From Lama guanicoe (taxonomy: Eukaryota), in the NCBI GenBank assembly GCA_013239625.1, contig MU053472.1:2701822-2765821 (forward strand): 64,000 nt of DNA, in the 5' to 3' direction. The position numbers and the translations under genes are program-made. The first letter of the stretch is position 1; each line of letters begins with the position of its first letter. The notes beneath the pieces were generated by a model that was not told the DNA's origin, ran no database searches, and was given only the letters and a program-made list of their open reading frames with translations. This document shows, one piece after another, positions 27,569-40,438 of the stretch.

Positions 27569-28444
27569 GTGAGTGGGGTTAATGGGGAACTCCTGGGGCT
27601 GTGTAGAATGGGAGACTCTTGACGTTGCTATTTACTAGTTGAGTGACCTTGCGAAAGTCACCTAACCTTTCAGAGCCTCCTACCTGTAAAATGGAAATAA
27701 ATACCTATTTTGCAGGGTTGTTTGATTATCTAAGTAGAGTTTGGCTCACAAGCCACTGCTCTTTGCAGTGCTGCATAGAGCCGGTGTGAGGTCTTTGCTA
27801 AAAATTGTCTTCTCATTGTTAAAAGTAGTGAATACTTGCTCTAATATTTCATCTGGTCTCCTTTTTTCCCAAGCTTCGTCTTCCTTGGCTGTCCTACCTG
27901 AGCTAAACACAAAGTCTTTCTCATACGTGTTACTGTAGTTACCAGAACAGAAAGGCGATTGGTGGAGAGAGGAAGTCATTATTTAGAAGAAAGAAAATTA
28001 GTATTAATTAAATATACTATTGTAGAGCTAACTTCTGCATTCTAAGTATTCCTCTGGTGTGAAGTGTATACTACAAATTCCTTCAACCAACATTAGTTTT
28101 GTTTATTTTAAATACATGCTTAGGAAAATAGCGATTACAAATGAGATTTTGGAAGCCTTTGAGTTGTGTGTGAATGGATTTGGGTACAGTAAATCCCGAA
28201 TCCCAAAACCTTTTGGAGAAAAAGAACAACTTCCTTAAATGACTGGCTCCTAGACAACATAGCTATTTTATCTATAACACTGTATGCCTCTTTGTATTTA
28301 AAAATTATATTTTATTAATGTATATTAAAAAATATAGCATTTTGTTTGTTCTTTATTACTAATGTAGTGGTTCTCAAAGACTGTATTTTTTCTATTACAG
28401 GTTGCTCACTTTTTTGAGGAGATAGGCCTAGTTTGTGTCTCAGT

Positions 28445-28616
28445 ATGTCAATAGTAACAGTGCAACTTGGCCAGTGTGGCAATCAGATTGGTTTTGAAGT
28501 GTTTGATGCTTTATTTAGTGACTCACACTGTCCCCAGAAATTCTGCTCTAAAAGAGAGAATGAGGCATATCAAGCATCTTGCAAAGAAAGATTCTTCAGT
28601 GAGGAGGAAAATGGAG
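28445..28616 (+). CDS. TUBD1: Delta-tubulin first coding exon ([16 protein letters not shown]...); exon starts at 28401
   Basis: Tubulin GQCGNQIG motif; G|gtatgt donor; the joined CDS of 8 exons is 1362 nt = 453 aa plus stop. Confidence 0.97.
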
Positions 28617-28827
28617 GTATGTGTGGTCCAGAGTCCTCTCCTTTACTCTGACATAACCAGCCTCTTCAAGGTGGTGTCTGAATCCCATCCGCTTCCATCT
28701 TACTGGGGAATGACTTTGCTCTCAGCCTTTTGTTTCTCTGTTAAAGATTCTTTGCCTCTCCTGTTGACACCTTCCCCTCAGCATGTGAGCATGCTCAGAT
28801 CTTTCCAATCTAAAACCAACGAAACAG

Positions 28828-28960
28828 CGGTGGGGTATATCTCAGTGTGGTAGAGTGTGTGCTTAGCATGCATGAGGTCCTGGGTTCAATCCCCAGTACC
28901 TCCATTAAAATAAGTAAATAAACCTAATTACCTCCCCTCCCCCACAAAAGGTAAATAAAA
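28828..28960 (+). mobile_element. tRNA-derived SINE (Vic-1-like)
   Basis: GCTTAGCATGCATGAGGTCCTGGGTTCAATCCCCAGTACCTCC...AAACCTAATTACCTCCCC. Confidence 0.9.
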
Positions 28961-28999
28961 CCAAACAAACAAAACTTAGCTCTTGACCATAAGCTTTTT

Positions 29000-30070
29000 T
29001 CTTCCTCTTATCTCTTTGGCTTCTCATCTAAGATTCTCAAAGGAGAACCTTCTTTAACCAACTCTAATTCTGCTTCTGCCCTGTAACACCACTGAAGCTA
29101 TTCTATGAAAGATTCCCAATGATCTCCTAATTACCAGATCCAGTGACTGTTTTTCTTTTCTTAATTCACTTAACTTCTCTAACCGGATTTGATAACATTA
29201 ACTGTAAAACTCCCTGCTTAAAACTCCTGCTTAGTCTCTGAACTTTTCTTGTCCAGTGGTTGCAGCTCAGCCTCTCCTCTGTCCTCACTTGTGTAGTTCT
29301 CTCTGGGCAATTTCAGTTACTGTCAAATTTTGCTACATCTTTTACTCTAGTGACTCTCATATCTCGAGTGTGGCCTCTCCTTGCTTAGTGCACCTGCATC
29401 TCTCACGTGTACCTCAAACCTAACATCTCCATACTCAAGGGCATTCATTACCTCTCCTTTGAAACTTGGCTCTTCCTGTCCACAAACCATCAAATGTCAA
29501 AATCTGCTTAGTTTGCCTCCTGTATATCTCTTACAACTCTTCTCTGCTTTCCGTGTTCACTGTCATTGCCTTAGTTTGGGCTCTGTCCTCTCTCACCTGG
29601 ACTGTTTCAAAACACTCCTGAGTTTCCCTGCCTAGTCTCTTATGTCTGTCACATCTGTCCTCCAAATGCTGTACTGAGAAAGACATCTGACTATTCCTCC
29701 CCTGCTTGAACATTTTCAGTGGTTTCACATTACCTAAAAAGTAAATTTCAAGCTTTTTAGCATTGCATGCAAGGGCTTCCAAGATCTGAGCCTTGCCTGC
29801 TTCCCATCCGCATCCATCACTTCTCATGCCCCCTCTTTCTCCATCTTCTGCCTCAACAATCCTGATCTGCTTATTGTGCCCCTGGTATTTTGTACCTCTG
29901 AATATGCTGTTCTGTTAGTGTAGATTTGCTGAGGGTCGTATCACATCATACTGTGATTAAGTGTTGATGTATCTTCTCTCTCCCACTGGTCCTCCTAGGG
30001 CTGGATTGATGTCTTCATCCCTGTATTCCCAGCACAGCACACAGCACATTGTAAGCACTCAGCAGATGTT
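29000..30070. mobile_element. Decayed L2-like fragments
   Basis: Pyrimidine-rich L2-type text ending in CAGCACATTGTAAGCACTCAGCAGATGTTTG; boundaries approximate. Confidence 0.5.
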
Positions 30071-30314
30071 TGTAGACTTGACTTAGTCATCATTTTAGTC
30101 CACATTCATTCAACCTGCCTGGCAGAATGCCAGGCATTATGAACCATCTGCATACACCTGCTGCTTCCCACTTCAATTTCTAAGCAGAATGAACAGCTCT
30201 TTCTACCTTCGTCTTTGAAAAATTCTTTTTTGGATATAGACGTTTATGCTCTGAGTTAACCCAAATAAGACATATGAAATATTTTTCTTTTGATTCTTTT
30301 TTTCCCCTCTCTAG

Positions 30315-30462
30315 TTCCAGTTGCCCGTGCTGTACTGGTTGACATGGAACCTAAAGTTATCAATCAAACACTGTCAAAGGCTGCCCATTCTGGCCGTTGG
30401 AAATATGGCCAGCATTCACACTTCTGTCAAAAACAAGGTTCTGGAAACAACTGGGCATATGG
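30315..30462 (+). CDS. TUBD1: Delta-tubulin exon 3 ([14 protein letters not shown]...GSGNNWAYG)
   Basis: RAVLVDMEP and GNNWA tubulin motifs; tag/gtaaga; 148 nt. Confidence 0.97.
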
Positions 30463-30779
30463 GTAAGAATAATTTCTCATGATTTTCCACTTAGATACAG
30501 CTGCATAGTCAATTAATAGTGTATTTACAGCTGCACAGTGGTTATGTTTGAAACACATAATCTTGAAATTGCCGTTTTAAAATTTAGAGTGTGACTTTGT
30601 CCAGAAGATGCTCATTCTGTCTCATGTATGTCTGTACTTCAGGTCCAGGTAGTGATGAAATCAAGACTCTCTTGCAGCAGGGTTTTCTACTTCTTCGCTG
30701 TCCTTCTGCCAGCTAACTTATTATCAGTACAATATCTTTATCTGGCAGGTATTCTAGTTACTAGGGAATATGACAAGAC

Positions 30780-30930
30780 AGTTGCTTAGGGTTCTCTGGA
30801 AAATTCCAATGCCTAGGACTCACTTCCAGAAATTCTGCTTTAATAGATTTTGGATGAAATCTGAATGTGGGGATGTTTTAAAGCTTCTCTAGGTGATTCT
30901 AATGTGCAGCGAAGTTAGAACCACTGCTTT
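30780..30930. mobile_element. MER5-like hAT DNA transposon remnant
   Basis: AGGTGATTCTAATGTGCAGCGAAGTTAGAACCACTG terminal text. Confidence 0.6.
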
Positions 30931-31097
30931 AGGAGTATTGCTATGAAAATTGAATATTATGTTGTACCATAAACTTGCAGGACTACATAGTAATTGAAGT
31001 CTGCAGCCAAAGGAATGGCCTATAAAAGAGAATTTTTTATTCCCAGTAAATTCACTCACCTAGATGTCCTATTCACCTGTTAAAAATATTTAACTTG

Positions 31098-31195
31098 CGG
31101 AGTGGGTATAGCTCAGTGATGGAGTGCGTGCTTAGCATGCACAAGTTCCTGGGTTCAATCCCCAGTACCTCCATTAAAAAAAAAAAAAGACTTTA
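31098..31195 (+). mobile_element. tRNA-derived SINE (short-tail form)
   Basis: Perfect 16-bp duplication AAAAATATTTAACTTG at 31082-31097 and 31196-31211. Confidence 0.92.
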
Positions 31196-31371
31196 AAAAA
31201 TATTTAACTTGTATATTTTAAATTTTGTCAATCAGAGTACGTATACCTTTCATGAGAGTTAGTTCACTTCTTTAGGTTTAAAAAGCCTTCAGTATCTTAT
31301 ATCATTCTCTGCATTCCATCTCTCTGGTTAGGTTGAAAGATGTTTGTCTTTTGTTCTTTTGCATTGCATAG

Positions 31372-31588
31372 TTACTCTGTCCATGGACCCAGGCATGAAG
31401 AATCTATAATGAACCTCATCCAGAAGGAAGTGGAGAAATGCGACTCTTTGAGTGGTTTTTTCATCGTAATGAGTATGGCTGGAGGCACAGGATCAGGGCT
31501 GGGAGCCTTCCTTACACAGAACTTACAAGATCAGTACTCAAATTCTTTGAAAATGAATCAGATTATATGGCCTTATGGAACTGGTGAG
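31372..31588 (+). CDS. TUBD1: Delta-tubulin exon 4 (YSVHGPRH...[10 protein letters not shown]...WPYGTGE)
   Basis: Tubulin signature GGTGSG; tag/gtatga; 217 nt. Confidence 0.97.
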
Positions 31589-32049
31589 GTATGAACATAT
31601 CAATTGAAAATTTTATATTTTGTATTCTTTGCAGTTAAAACAAATGTTGGTAAGAGATTGATGCCATCCTTTCTTTGGTAATGTTAAGTTACTGCATCGG
31701 GAGTGATTATACAATATGGTACTTTTGTGAACAATTCATTTAACTTTGCTTAAACTTTCCCAAACAATGAGGTGTCCTTGGTTTTAAAAATTCCAAGGAA
31801 GACAATTGTGCATCTTCTCTCAGAAATCCATTCCTGGATTAGTCCCTCTGGCTACAGTATGTAAAGCAGGGACCTTGACTTTGTACCATTGCCAACCTCC
31901 AAAGAACTTTCACTTCTTTCCATTGAAAGGAAATTTCTCTGTAGGCCAATTTCCTGTTGATCAGCCTCGTAGGAGAAATAATAAAACCGGAAATGAAATA
32001 AGTCATCATAGGAAATGATGTAAGAAGAAAGCCTGATTGTAATGGTCAC

Positions 32050-32290
32050 CGTTTATTGAGCTCTTAGTATATACAAGGCACTGTTCTAAGTGCTCTACTT
32101 GCATTCTGTCATTAGTTCTTGCAACTCCAGGAAGCTGGTATAATCATTATCCCCTTTTTAAATGAGAACACAACACTGAGGCATAGAGAGATTAAATAAC
32201 TTGTCGAAGATCATAGAGCTAGAAAGCGCAGAGCTGGGACTTGAACCCAGGCCAAGATGTCCTTAGAAACGTACCCTCTTAACCACTCTC
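32050..32290. mobile_element. MIR SINE
   Basis: TTTATTGAGCTC...AGGCACTGTTCTAAGTGCT...ACTGAGGCATAGAGAGATTAAATAACTTG core. Confidence 0.75.
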
Positions 32291-32328
32291 TCTCCTGCCT
32301 TTCGTATTTCTGGCCTTTTTCTCTCCAG

Positions 32329-32560
32329 GTTATTGTTCAGAACTACAACTCCATTTTGACTCTTTCTCACTTGTACCGATCTTCAGACGCCCTCCTTGTC
32401 CATGAGAATGATGCTGTTCATAAGATCTGTGCGAAGCTGATGAATATCAAGCAGATCTCCTTTCGTGATATAAATCAAGTCCTCGCACATCAGCTGGGAA
32501 GTGTGTTCCAGCCTACTTACTCTGGGGAAGGCTCATTTCACTACAGAAGAAATCCACTAG
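32329..32560 (+). CDS. TUBD1: Delta-tubulin exon 5 ([12 protein letters not shown]...YRRNPL)
   Basis: cag/gtattt; 232 nt. Confidence 0.97.
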
Positions 32561-35415
32561 GTATTTGTCCTCCTGTGTATTATTTGTAGGAAAGTCTTAG
32601 GTTCTGAAAGCCTTAACGTTATCTTCTCTTGACTCCTCCCCTCTGTCTTATTAAGAAGTTGTGAGAAGTTACTCAGTTGCTCAAAAGAGTAGTGGGTTTC
32701 CACTAATTCCATTCTTCAGGGTCCTTTCTCTCCTTTTTTTCCTTTTTAATAACTTTGAGATATAACTCACATAGCATACAATTCACCCAGTTAAAGTGTA
32801 TAACTCAGTGTTTTTTTAGCATAATCACAAAGTTGTATAACCATCATTTTTATCACCCCATAAAGAAACCCACCATTCTTTTCTCAGCTTATTTATCAAG
32901 TGGTGCTTTATCAACTCAAATCATCTAGACACAATGACTCTGTAATCTATGTCCCCTCGTGCTGATCTCTTCCCCAAATTGTTGCCTATCCCAGTTTTCT
33001 TAGTTGCCTTCTGCTTCTTCAAATTTAGCATGTTCTGAATGGAGTCATCATTTTTCCTCTTGTCTTCTCTCCCTGCCTCCTCTTCTTCAGTTCCTGCCAC
33101 CTGGATTTCTCCCACGGTCCTCATATCTCATCAGTATGCTCAGGCCTGTTACTGCCATCTCTGCCATCTGTCTGCATTCTTCCCTCCCTCACTGTCTCTC
33201 TGACATTGGTTCAGTTGGTCAGTATCTCTCAACTAATATTGCATACTCCCCCTGAATACAAAGTTCTCTCTATTTTCTCTGCGTCCTTTTTCCTCTCTCT
33301 TTCTTTTTCTTTTTCGCACAAAAATAGAAGCTCACATCTACATGGACATTCCTGGCTTACGTGGACATTCCTGGTGTGTTACTTTTAAAGACAAGCAAAC
33401 ACATTCTGGGGAACTGTACTCAGAAAATAAAAGCAGTAAGGTAGACGGGTGCTCCCTTGACTCCTAGCACCATGTGCAAACTTAATGGCGTTGGGGCCAC
33501 GTTTGCCCTTTCCTTTCTGTCCTGGGGGAGAAGTGTCCTGCTCCTGTCGAAGGCCAGCCTCTCGCCTGGGTTCTGGGTCCCCCTTTCTCTTCTCAGGGAC
33601 TTAATTCCTCGCTCATCACTCATCCTCACTCGTCATTAACCCTTTTATTCTCTTTTTTCGTCCTTTTTAGGCCCCTCTTCCTTTTCCTAAGCTTTAAGTG
33701 CTGGTCTTGGACCCTCTCCCCAGGTGACTAACCCAGTTCCATGGCTTTAAACACTATTTGTATCCTCCAACCTACCAGTTACTCTCCAACTCTGATCAAT
33801 TCCCTAAGCTCTAGATTTCTGTGTCCAGCGGCCTTCTCAACATCTGTATGTACACATGGACATCCCAAACATGTGTCTAAAACAGGTGACTTAGCTTTCC
33901 CCCAGAACCCTATTCCTTCCTCAATCCCTCAGTTGCTCAATTTTAAAAACCTGGGTCCAAATTTCTTACAGTAGAGCCTACAGTGGTTTCGGTTGTATGT
34001 GATCTGTCTCCTTCTTCCAGTTTCTCTCCTCTCTTGCATTCTCCCCTTGCTCACGAGCTCAGGAGCTAGGTAGGGACCTCCTCATAATTTCCTATAATGC
34101 TCACCAGGGTGGCTATTCTTACTGCCCTCCTGTCTTCCTGCTCCCTCTCCCAGGAATATTATCTTGACCGTATTCCCTTTTCATCTTTCGAGTGTCAGCT
34201 CACTGTTACCTCCTTTAAATAGCCTTCCTCCAGTGTCCTCTTTGTGGAGTGATTGCCTATAGTATCATCCTGTTGGCTTCTTTCCCAGGAGTTTTTACTC
34301 TCTGTCATTCTTTTGTTTGTTTATTACCTTTTTTATTCATTGTTTCTACTCACTAGAATGGAAGCTCTGTGAAGGCAAGACCTAGTCTGGCTTGTTCACC
34401 GTATCCCATGTCCTTGGAGCGGTGCCTGCCATATAGTAGGTCCTTGCTAAGTGGGACAAAACAAATGAAGATAGAGTAAGGAGAATGGATTTGAGAGAGA
34501 TTGGGTGTGGGGTAAAATAGACAGGAGTAGGTGCTGGATTGCATCTAGGAAATGAGAGGTGTAGAGCATAATTCCTGGGACCCTGGTTTACACAGCAGTA
34601 TAGATGGTGGTGCTGTTAGCAGAGGCTGGAGACACTAGAAAAGGCCCTGATTTACAGGGCACATTGCGGCAAAGAGGTGGGTCTTAGACGTGCTGAGTGT
34701 GGGTGCCTTTGCCGTATTTTAGTGACATCTTCAAACACCTAAGTGGAGCCAGTTGGCCGGAGGACAGCTCACCTAGTCTAACCACTTCCACCTTTGCCAA
34801 CACACAGCCATTTCCTAAGTGCAGCTGCCAGACTGAACTCTGGCTTTACGGTGTTGAAAGGGTTGAATCAGATCTGGTCACTCTCCTACTCAAAGCCTTC
34901 CCATCTCACCCACGGGAGTCACATACAAGGCTTTGCTCTATCTGGTCTCTCATTACTTTCCTGATCTGATATCCTACCCGGCTCTCCTTCACTCACTCTC
35001 TTCCAATCACACTGACCTCCACACCGTTTTCCAGATATGCCTGCCATGCCCCTGGGTCTCTGCACTAAATGACCTCAGATATCCACGTGGCTCCACTCGG
35101 GTGTTTGTGGAGATATCAGAGCATCAGCATCAGTGGGCATCAGTGTCTGTGGATTGTGAATTCCGAGGGGGCCCCAGTCTGCCGTGTGGGGTGCCTTTCT
35201 GACAGGCACAGATAATGTGAGGAGTGGGGCTGAGCCAAGATTGGATTTTCACCAGAAAGATTTGATGAAGAGACAGAGGGGTGAGGAGATGAGTAAAGAG
35301 GCAAGTGAAGAAAGGGCAAGACTGAGGATTGAGAAATCGGTGTGGGGAGGCGGGGGTCAAAAAATAAATTAATTTTAAAACAAAATAAATAAATCAAGGG
35401 TCCACAGCTTGGGCT

Positions 35416-35765
35416 CTGTCTCAGTCCACTCAGGCTGCCATAACAGAGGTACATAGCCTGAGTGTCTTATACAAAACAACAGACGTGTATTCCTCATAGT
35501 TCTGGAGGCTGGGAAGTCCAAGATCAAGGCACCAGTCATTTCAGTGCCTGGAGAGGACCCGCTTCCGGGTTTACAGATGGTCATTTTCTCACTGCGTCCT
35601 CACATGGCAGAAGGGGCGAGAGACCTCTCTGGGGTCTCTTTTTATAATGAGACCTCACCTCCAAAGGCCCCACTTTCTCCTAACCCCTCCTAATACCATC
35701 ACCTTGGGGGTAAGGGTTTCAGTGTGTGGATTTGGGGGGGGGACACAAACTTTGAGTCCATACCA
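35416..35765 (-). mobile_element. MLT1A-type LTR
   Basis: TGTCTCAGTCC...GCTGCCATAACA...AGTTCTGGAGGCTGGGAAGTCCAAGATCAAGG...GGGGACACAAAC. Confidence 0.8.
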
Positions 35766-36827
35766 GGGTTTGACAAGTTGTCAAGAATGGTTAAGGTGAT
35801 TTCATATCTTGGTAATTATAAATAATGTTGCTGTTAAAAAAAAAAAAGGATGGTTCAAATGAGGGCGTAAATGAAAAAGAAAGCTGGAGGGAAAAGCAGA
35901 TTGTAACAATCTGTGCACCAGTGCTCAGGAATTACTTGCTGGCTGTTGTTTGTTTATGCATGTTATGCGATAGAATTTAGCTCTAGGTATTTTACAGAAA
36001 GGATTCTTATGTTTAAATGAAACTCCACTAGCCGTTAAGATCAATTTGTGCGGCATTTTGTAGACATTTGTATCAAAGGTTGTTCTTTCTGTTAGGATAT
36101 GAATTTGCATTCAATGTTATCGTAAAATTCTAACTTCATGTTATGGTAAGATATTTTTCTTTCTTCACTAGGTATTTTCTATACATATATAAAAAATATA
36201 AAATACATAAAAATATAAAAGGTATATTAAAACTTTAAAGATTTTTTAAAATATATCAAATAAGCTCTGGATGAAAAACAAATTAGCCTGTCTTCTTAAT
36301 TGTTTCATTACAAATACAATGTTCTAACGGTAGGCATATTCTTGTCTTCAGGAATTACTGATCCTGTCTTCTTTCCTAGTAGAGTTTGATATTAACAGGT
36401 TCTGATTATCATTTAACCAGATAAAGTAAATAAGAGATCTAGGGAAATTTCTAAAGGAATATCTAATGAATACAGAATGACAGTAAAAGCACATTAGCGC
36501 TCATGTTCACTTTGTTTTCCTGGGATTTAGCTACATATTTCATTCGCATTTCCAGTCACTTAGCTGAAAAGAAACTCTTTGTTTCCTTTTTGGCAAAGTG
36601 TGTTTTGTCACTCAGGCCAAAGTCGGTGCCCAAATCAAGCAAATAAGTGGTCTGTAATAGATATTGTCACTGAAATTGTATTTACATTGTAAAATTTAAG
36701 CAATTTTGGCCTTGGAGGAGAAAACACATTTGGCCCCCAAGCCATCAAATTGTGGTTGTATATGAGCTAGCAGAAACAATGTGGAATTTAAAAATTTAGT
36801 TCAAAAAAATTGTTTTTTTCTTTGCAG

Positions 36828-36992
36828 GAGACTTAATGGAGGATTTGGTTCCCCATCCAGAATTCAAGATGCTGGGTATTCGTAACATTCCTCAAATGTC
36901 TGAGAATTCCCTGGCATACAGCACGTTTACTTGGGCTGGCCTCCTCAAGCATTTGAGACAGATGCTCATTTCTGATGCGAAAATGGAAGAAG
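36828..36992 (+). CDS. TUBD1: Delta-tubulin exon 6 ([15 protein letters not shown]...AKMEE)
   Basis: cag/gtaagg; 165 nt. Confidence 0.97.
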
Positions 36993-37214
36993 GTAAGGGA
37001 TATTTTTAAAATATGCAGCCCACAAGCTGGGAAGAATGCCCGTCCCGGGCTTCCTGATACACACTGCCATGGGCCAGTTGAAATAATGGTGCCTTCTTCT
37101 GGTGAGGGAGGCTCCTGTAAAAACTCACCAGAACATCCCAGTAGGACTTCTTGATCACTGCACAGTTTCATTTCTCAAAAAAAAAATTTTCAAATTAGTG
37201 TGACATTTACTTTT

Positions 37215-37331
37215 TTTTTTTCAGGGGGAGGTAATTTGGTCTATTTATTTTTAGGGGAGGTATTAGGGATCAAACCCAGGACCTCATGCATGCTAAGCAT
37301 GCGCTCTACCACGTGAGCTATACCCTCCCCC
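37215..37331 (-). mobile_element. tRNA-derived SINE (Vic-1-like)
   Basis: 14-bp duplication TGACATTTACTTTT at 37201-37214 and 37332-37345. Confidence 0.92.
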
Positions 37332-39254
37332 TGACATTTACTTTTATTTTAATTTTTTTCAAAGTAATATATGAACATAATTTTTTTAATCAAATAGTCA
37401 AAATTCATTTAAGTGTATACTTAAGTCTGGACATCTTTATGTAAATTACATCTCAATTTTTTTTTAAAGTCAAGTAATTGTCCAGCATGAATTTATAATG
37501 AGGAAGAGAACAGCCTATCCTACACTTCCCTACTGCCCAGCAGAAACAACTTTCAATGTTTTTAGCTATCTCTTGTGGAATTTGCCTCCATACTTCTAAA
37601 GGTCTTGCTTATACTTTTAATTGTTTTTTCATTTTCCAGGTTTAGATATTATCAGTTGCCTGCCTAAAGTGAAGTTGAGAATTGAATCTTCTTCCACCCC
37701 CTACACACATATAGGGCACACACACCCTACTCCGTCCTCCCTCCTCCTAATCTAGTTAAAACATACTTTTGGGTTAGATCAGTTTTCAGTGTTTGTATTA
37801 TTGTGTTATTCTTGCTATGTAAATAGTGCTCACAGTGGAGCTATGGACTGTACACACAGATTATCACCTTTTATTTCACATACAGTTTACTTTTCCCTCC
37901 TAGAGTTAATAAGTATTTTGATTTGGTTGCTATTCTTCGTACCTATTACTAGTCTACCCCTAAACTTTTCCGTAAAAATGAAACCATCATGTTCAGACCT
38001 CTCAGGTAATCATCATTTCCATTGTCTGCTTGGAGATGTCCCCTCGGGAGGCCTTCTTCCTCCTGTCCAGTCTGCACTGGTTACTCTCCAGGCTTGGTAA
38101 GCAGCCAGCACTGGCGTCTCTGCCTCCTTCTGTGCTCTGGCCTCTGTTCCCTGGATTTCACATCTTCCTCTTTCTGGGTTCCTTCCCTCCTATTGATAGA
38201 CCCTACCCTCTCGGAGCTTCCTAAGAAAGAGTACACGGAAGGTAAAAATTTTAAGGCTGTAAATGTCACCATTCTCCGTTTACATTTGGTTGATAGTTTG
38301 TCCAGGTAAAGGATTCGAGGTTGGGAGTCATTTTTGCTGAGTATTTTGAAGGCATTGCTCTGTTATCTTCCAGTTTCCAGTGTTGCTATTGAGAAGTCCC
38401 ACTTTAATTCGATTCCTAATCCTGTTTTGTTCTCTCTTGTCTCTTTTAGGATTCTTTTCTCTTTGTCTCTAGCCTTCTGGAATTCCTTAGTGTGGATTTT
38501 TGCTGTATCTCAGGAGGCAGTAAACTTTATGAGGGCAGAGATCCTTATCTGTTGGGTTTACTGCTGTATTTTCAGAGCCTCACTGGTTTAGCCTTTCCTG
38601 AGCAGGAAGCATCTTGATGGATGGAGGGGGCACTCCCCTCACTGGGGAAGAGTCTGGGACTCTTAACTGCTTCTCATACGGATTTTTAACTAATCCTCCC
38701 GTCTCGTCCTCTTTCAGAAGTACCTGGCCTGCTTCCAGGACCTCCACTGTAGGCAGACGTTTCCCCTCCCCTGGTTGCTAAGTCAGTAACTACTGGTTCA
38801 TTTGATTTCCAAATTTTTGTTACCGTCATCTTCTCTCCCCATGCCATTTTTTTTTCTTGTTTATGCCTTTTAAAAAAATCACTGTAATGTCTTGTTAGTG
38901 AGATTTAGGGAGTAAACTGGTGTGTTTAGTCTGTCACATTTAACTGGTAGTCACTACTGTGTATTATTTCAGTAGCATATATTTGACCACAAATTACAGT
39001 AAGTTAGGTTTCAATAATGTGAACGTAATTCCCTCTACATGTACTTGTAGTACCTAATGGATTTTAGATAATAGTGCCTGAGGTTTGCAGATAAGCAGAA
39101 AGTTCCCATCTTAATGCTTCCTGGACTTCTCGGCCGCAGTACCTGTTTTTCTAGGAATACCTGTTATCATCTCAAGGAACACAGTGTTCCTCAGGGTGAG
39201 ATGTGCTGCTTAGGTCAGTAAACCAGTCTGTTTAGTCATTTTCCCATCTGAGAA

Positions 39255-39366
39255 TTTATTTTTATTTTTCTATTTCTTTAAATGGAAGTACTGGGGATTG
39301 AACCCAGGACCTCAAGCATGCTAAGCATGTGCTCTACCACTGAGCTATACCCTTCCCCATCCCCCA
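39255..39366 (-). mobile_element. tRNA-derived SINE (Vic-1-like)
   Basis: TACTGGGGATTGAACCCAGGACC...GCATGCTAAGCATG...CCACTGAGCTATACCC. Confidence 0.9.
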
Positions 39367-40308
39367 ATCTGGGAATTTAAACTGTCAACGTTTTCTCACA
39401 ATTATAGACAAGAGTTTTGAACATATAAATGTTTCCATATGAATATTAATATATGAATAAATATGTTAATGTCATTAAACACCCTGAAGGATGAAGTTTT
39501 AAAACTCTTTATGTGTGTCAGACTACTCTGTATGCAGATTGGCTCCATTAATATTGCCATCAGCAATGTATCTTGTTTCTACATATCCCAGCAACAGGAG
39601 GAGTGAGTTGATCCAAGAGGGAGTGAGCAGAAGTTACACTGTCGTTTATGACCTAGTTTTGGAAGTGACACACCATCATTTTGCACCAACCTTTTGGTTA
39701 TTAAAGTCAGGCCTATCCCATGGGGAGAAGGCAAGGATCCCTGGGGTTCATCCTGAAGGCTGGCTGCTAGTCTCTGTCCTCTAACGAATCATGCCCTCGC
39801 ATACACAGAATGTACTGAATCCCTCCCATGCCCCCCAGAGTTACATCCCATTAGCACCTCAGCCTAAAGTCCAGAATCTTGTCCTGTAAAACCAGGTCCA
39901 GGTGTGGATTTACACTCCTCAGGTGTGATTTCCTGAGTGTAGCTCTTGAAGGACACCCCACCGCCAACAGACCATGGTGGAGCAGGCGCAGGATGACTGG
40001 TAGACACTCCCTTTCAAAAGGGGGGAAATGAAAGGCACATGGGAGCCATTGGCGTATAAGGATTCAGCAGGGCTCACGCTGACAATTTCTTGATTAAAAT
40101 GTAAGACCTGGGAAGACTTTTCCATGGCTTTTGGCTTGGCCCTCTGAACCAAGCTATATTATAATTTTACTTTTATTTTTGTTTTATTTAAAACATATTT
40201 AAAAATTTTATTCTATTAGTTGACTTATTTTTGGCTAGTTTGGATTAATTTATTAATTAATTCATGTGAGAACTGGAGAGTCAGAATTCTAAGGGTGTAC
40301 GTAAACAG

Positions 40309-40438
40309 ATTTTGGCAGAGGGGGGAGGTTAATTAGATTTATTTATTTATTTGCTTTTTTTAATGGAGATACTGGGGATTGAACCCAGGACCTTGTGCAT
40401 GCAAGTCATGAACTCTACCACTGAGCTATACCCTCCCC
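40309..40438 (-). mobile_element. tRNA-derived SINE (Vic-1-like)
   Basis: Same consensus, antisense. Confidence 0.9.

Larger units (their letters stand above)
26330..27570. promoter_or_regulatory. CpG island and bidirectional RPS6KB1/TUBD1 promoter
   Basis: High GC and CpG content; divergent first exons; YY1-like GCCGCCAT at 27081-27088; NRF1-like motif array at 27109-27505. Confidence 0.9.

Noticed and set aside
28433..28444. Upstream TTG extension of TUBD1 shown in the ORF track
   Set aside because: The ATG at 28445 has a purine at -3 and gives the standard tubulin-like N-terminus and 453 aa length.
28828..28905. tRNA-like sequences here and at nine other positions
   Set aside because: They carry A-rich tails, often have target-site duplications, and differ from one another; these are SINEs, not tRNA genes.
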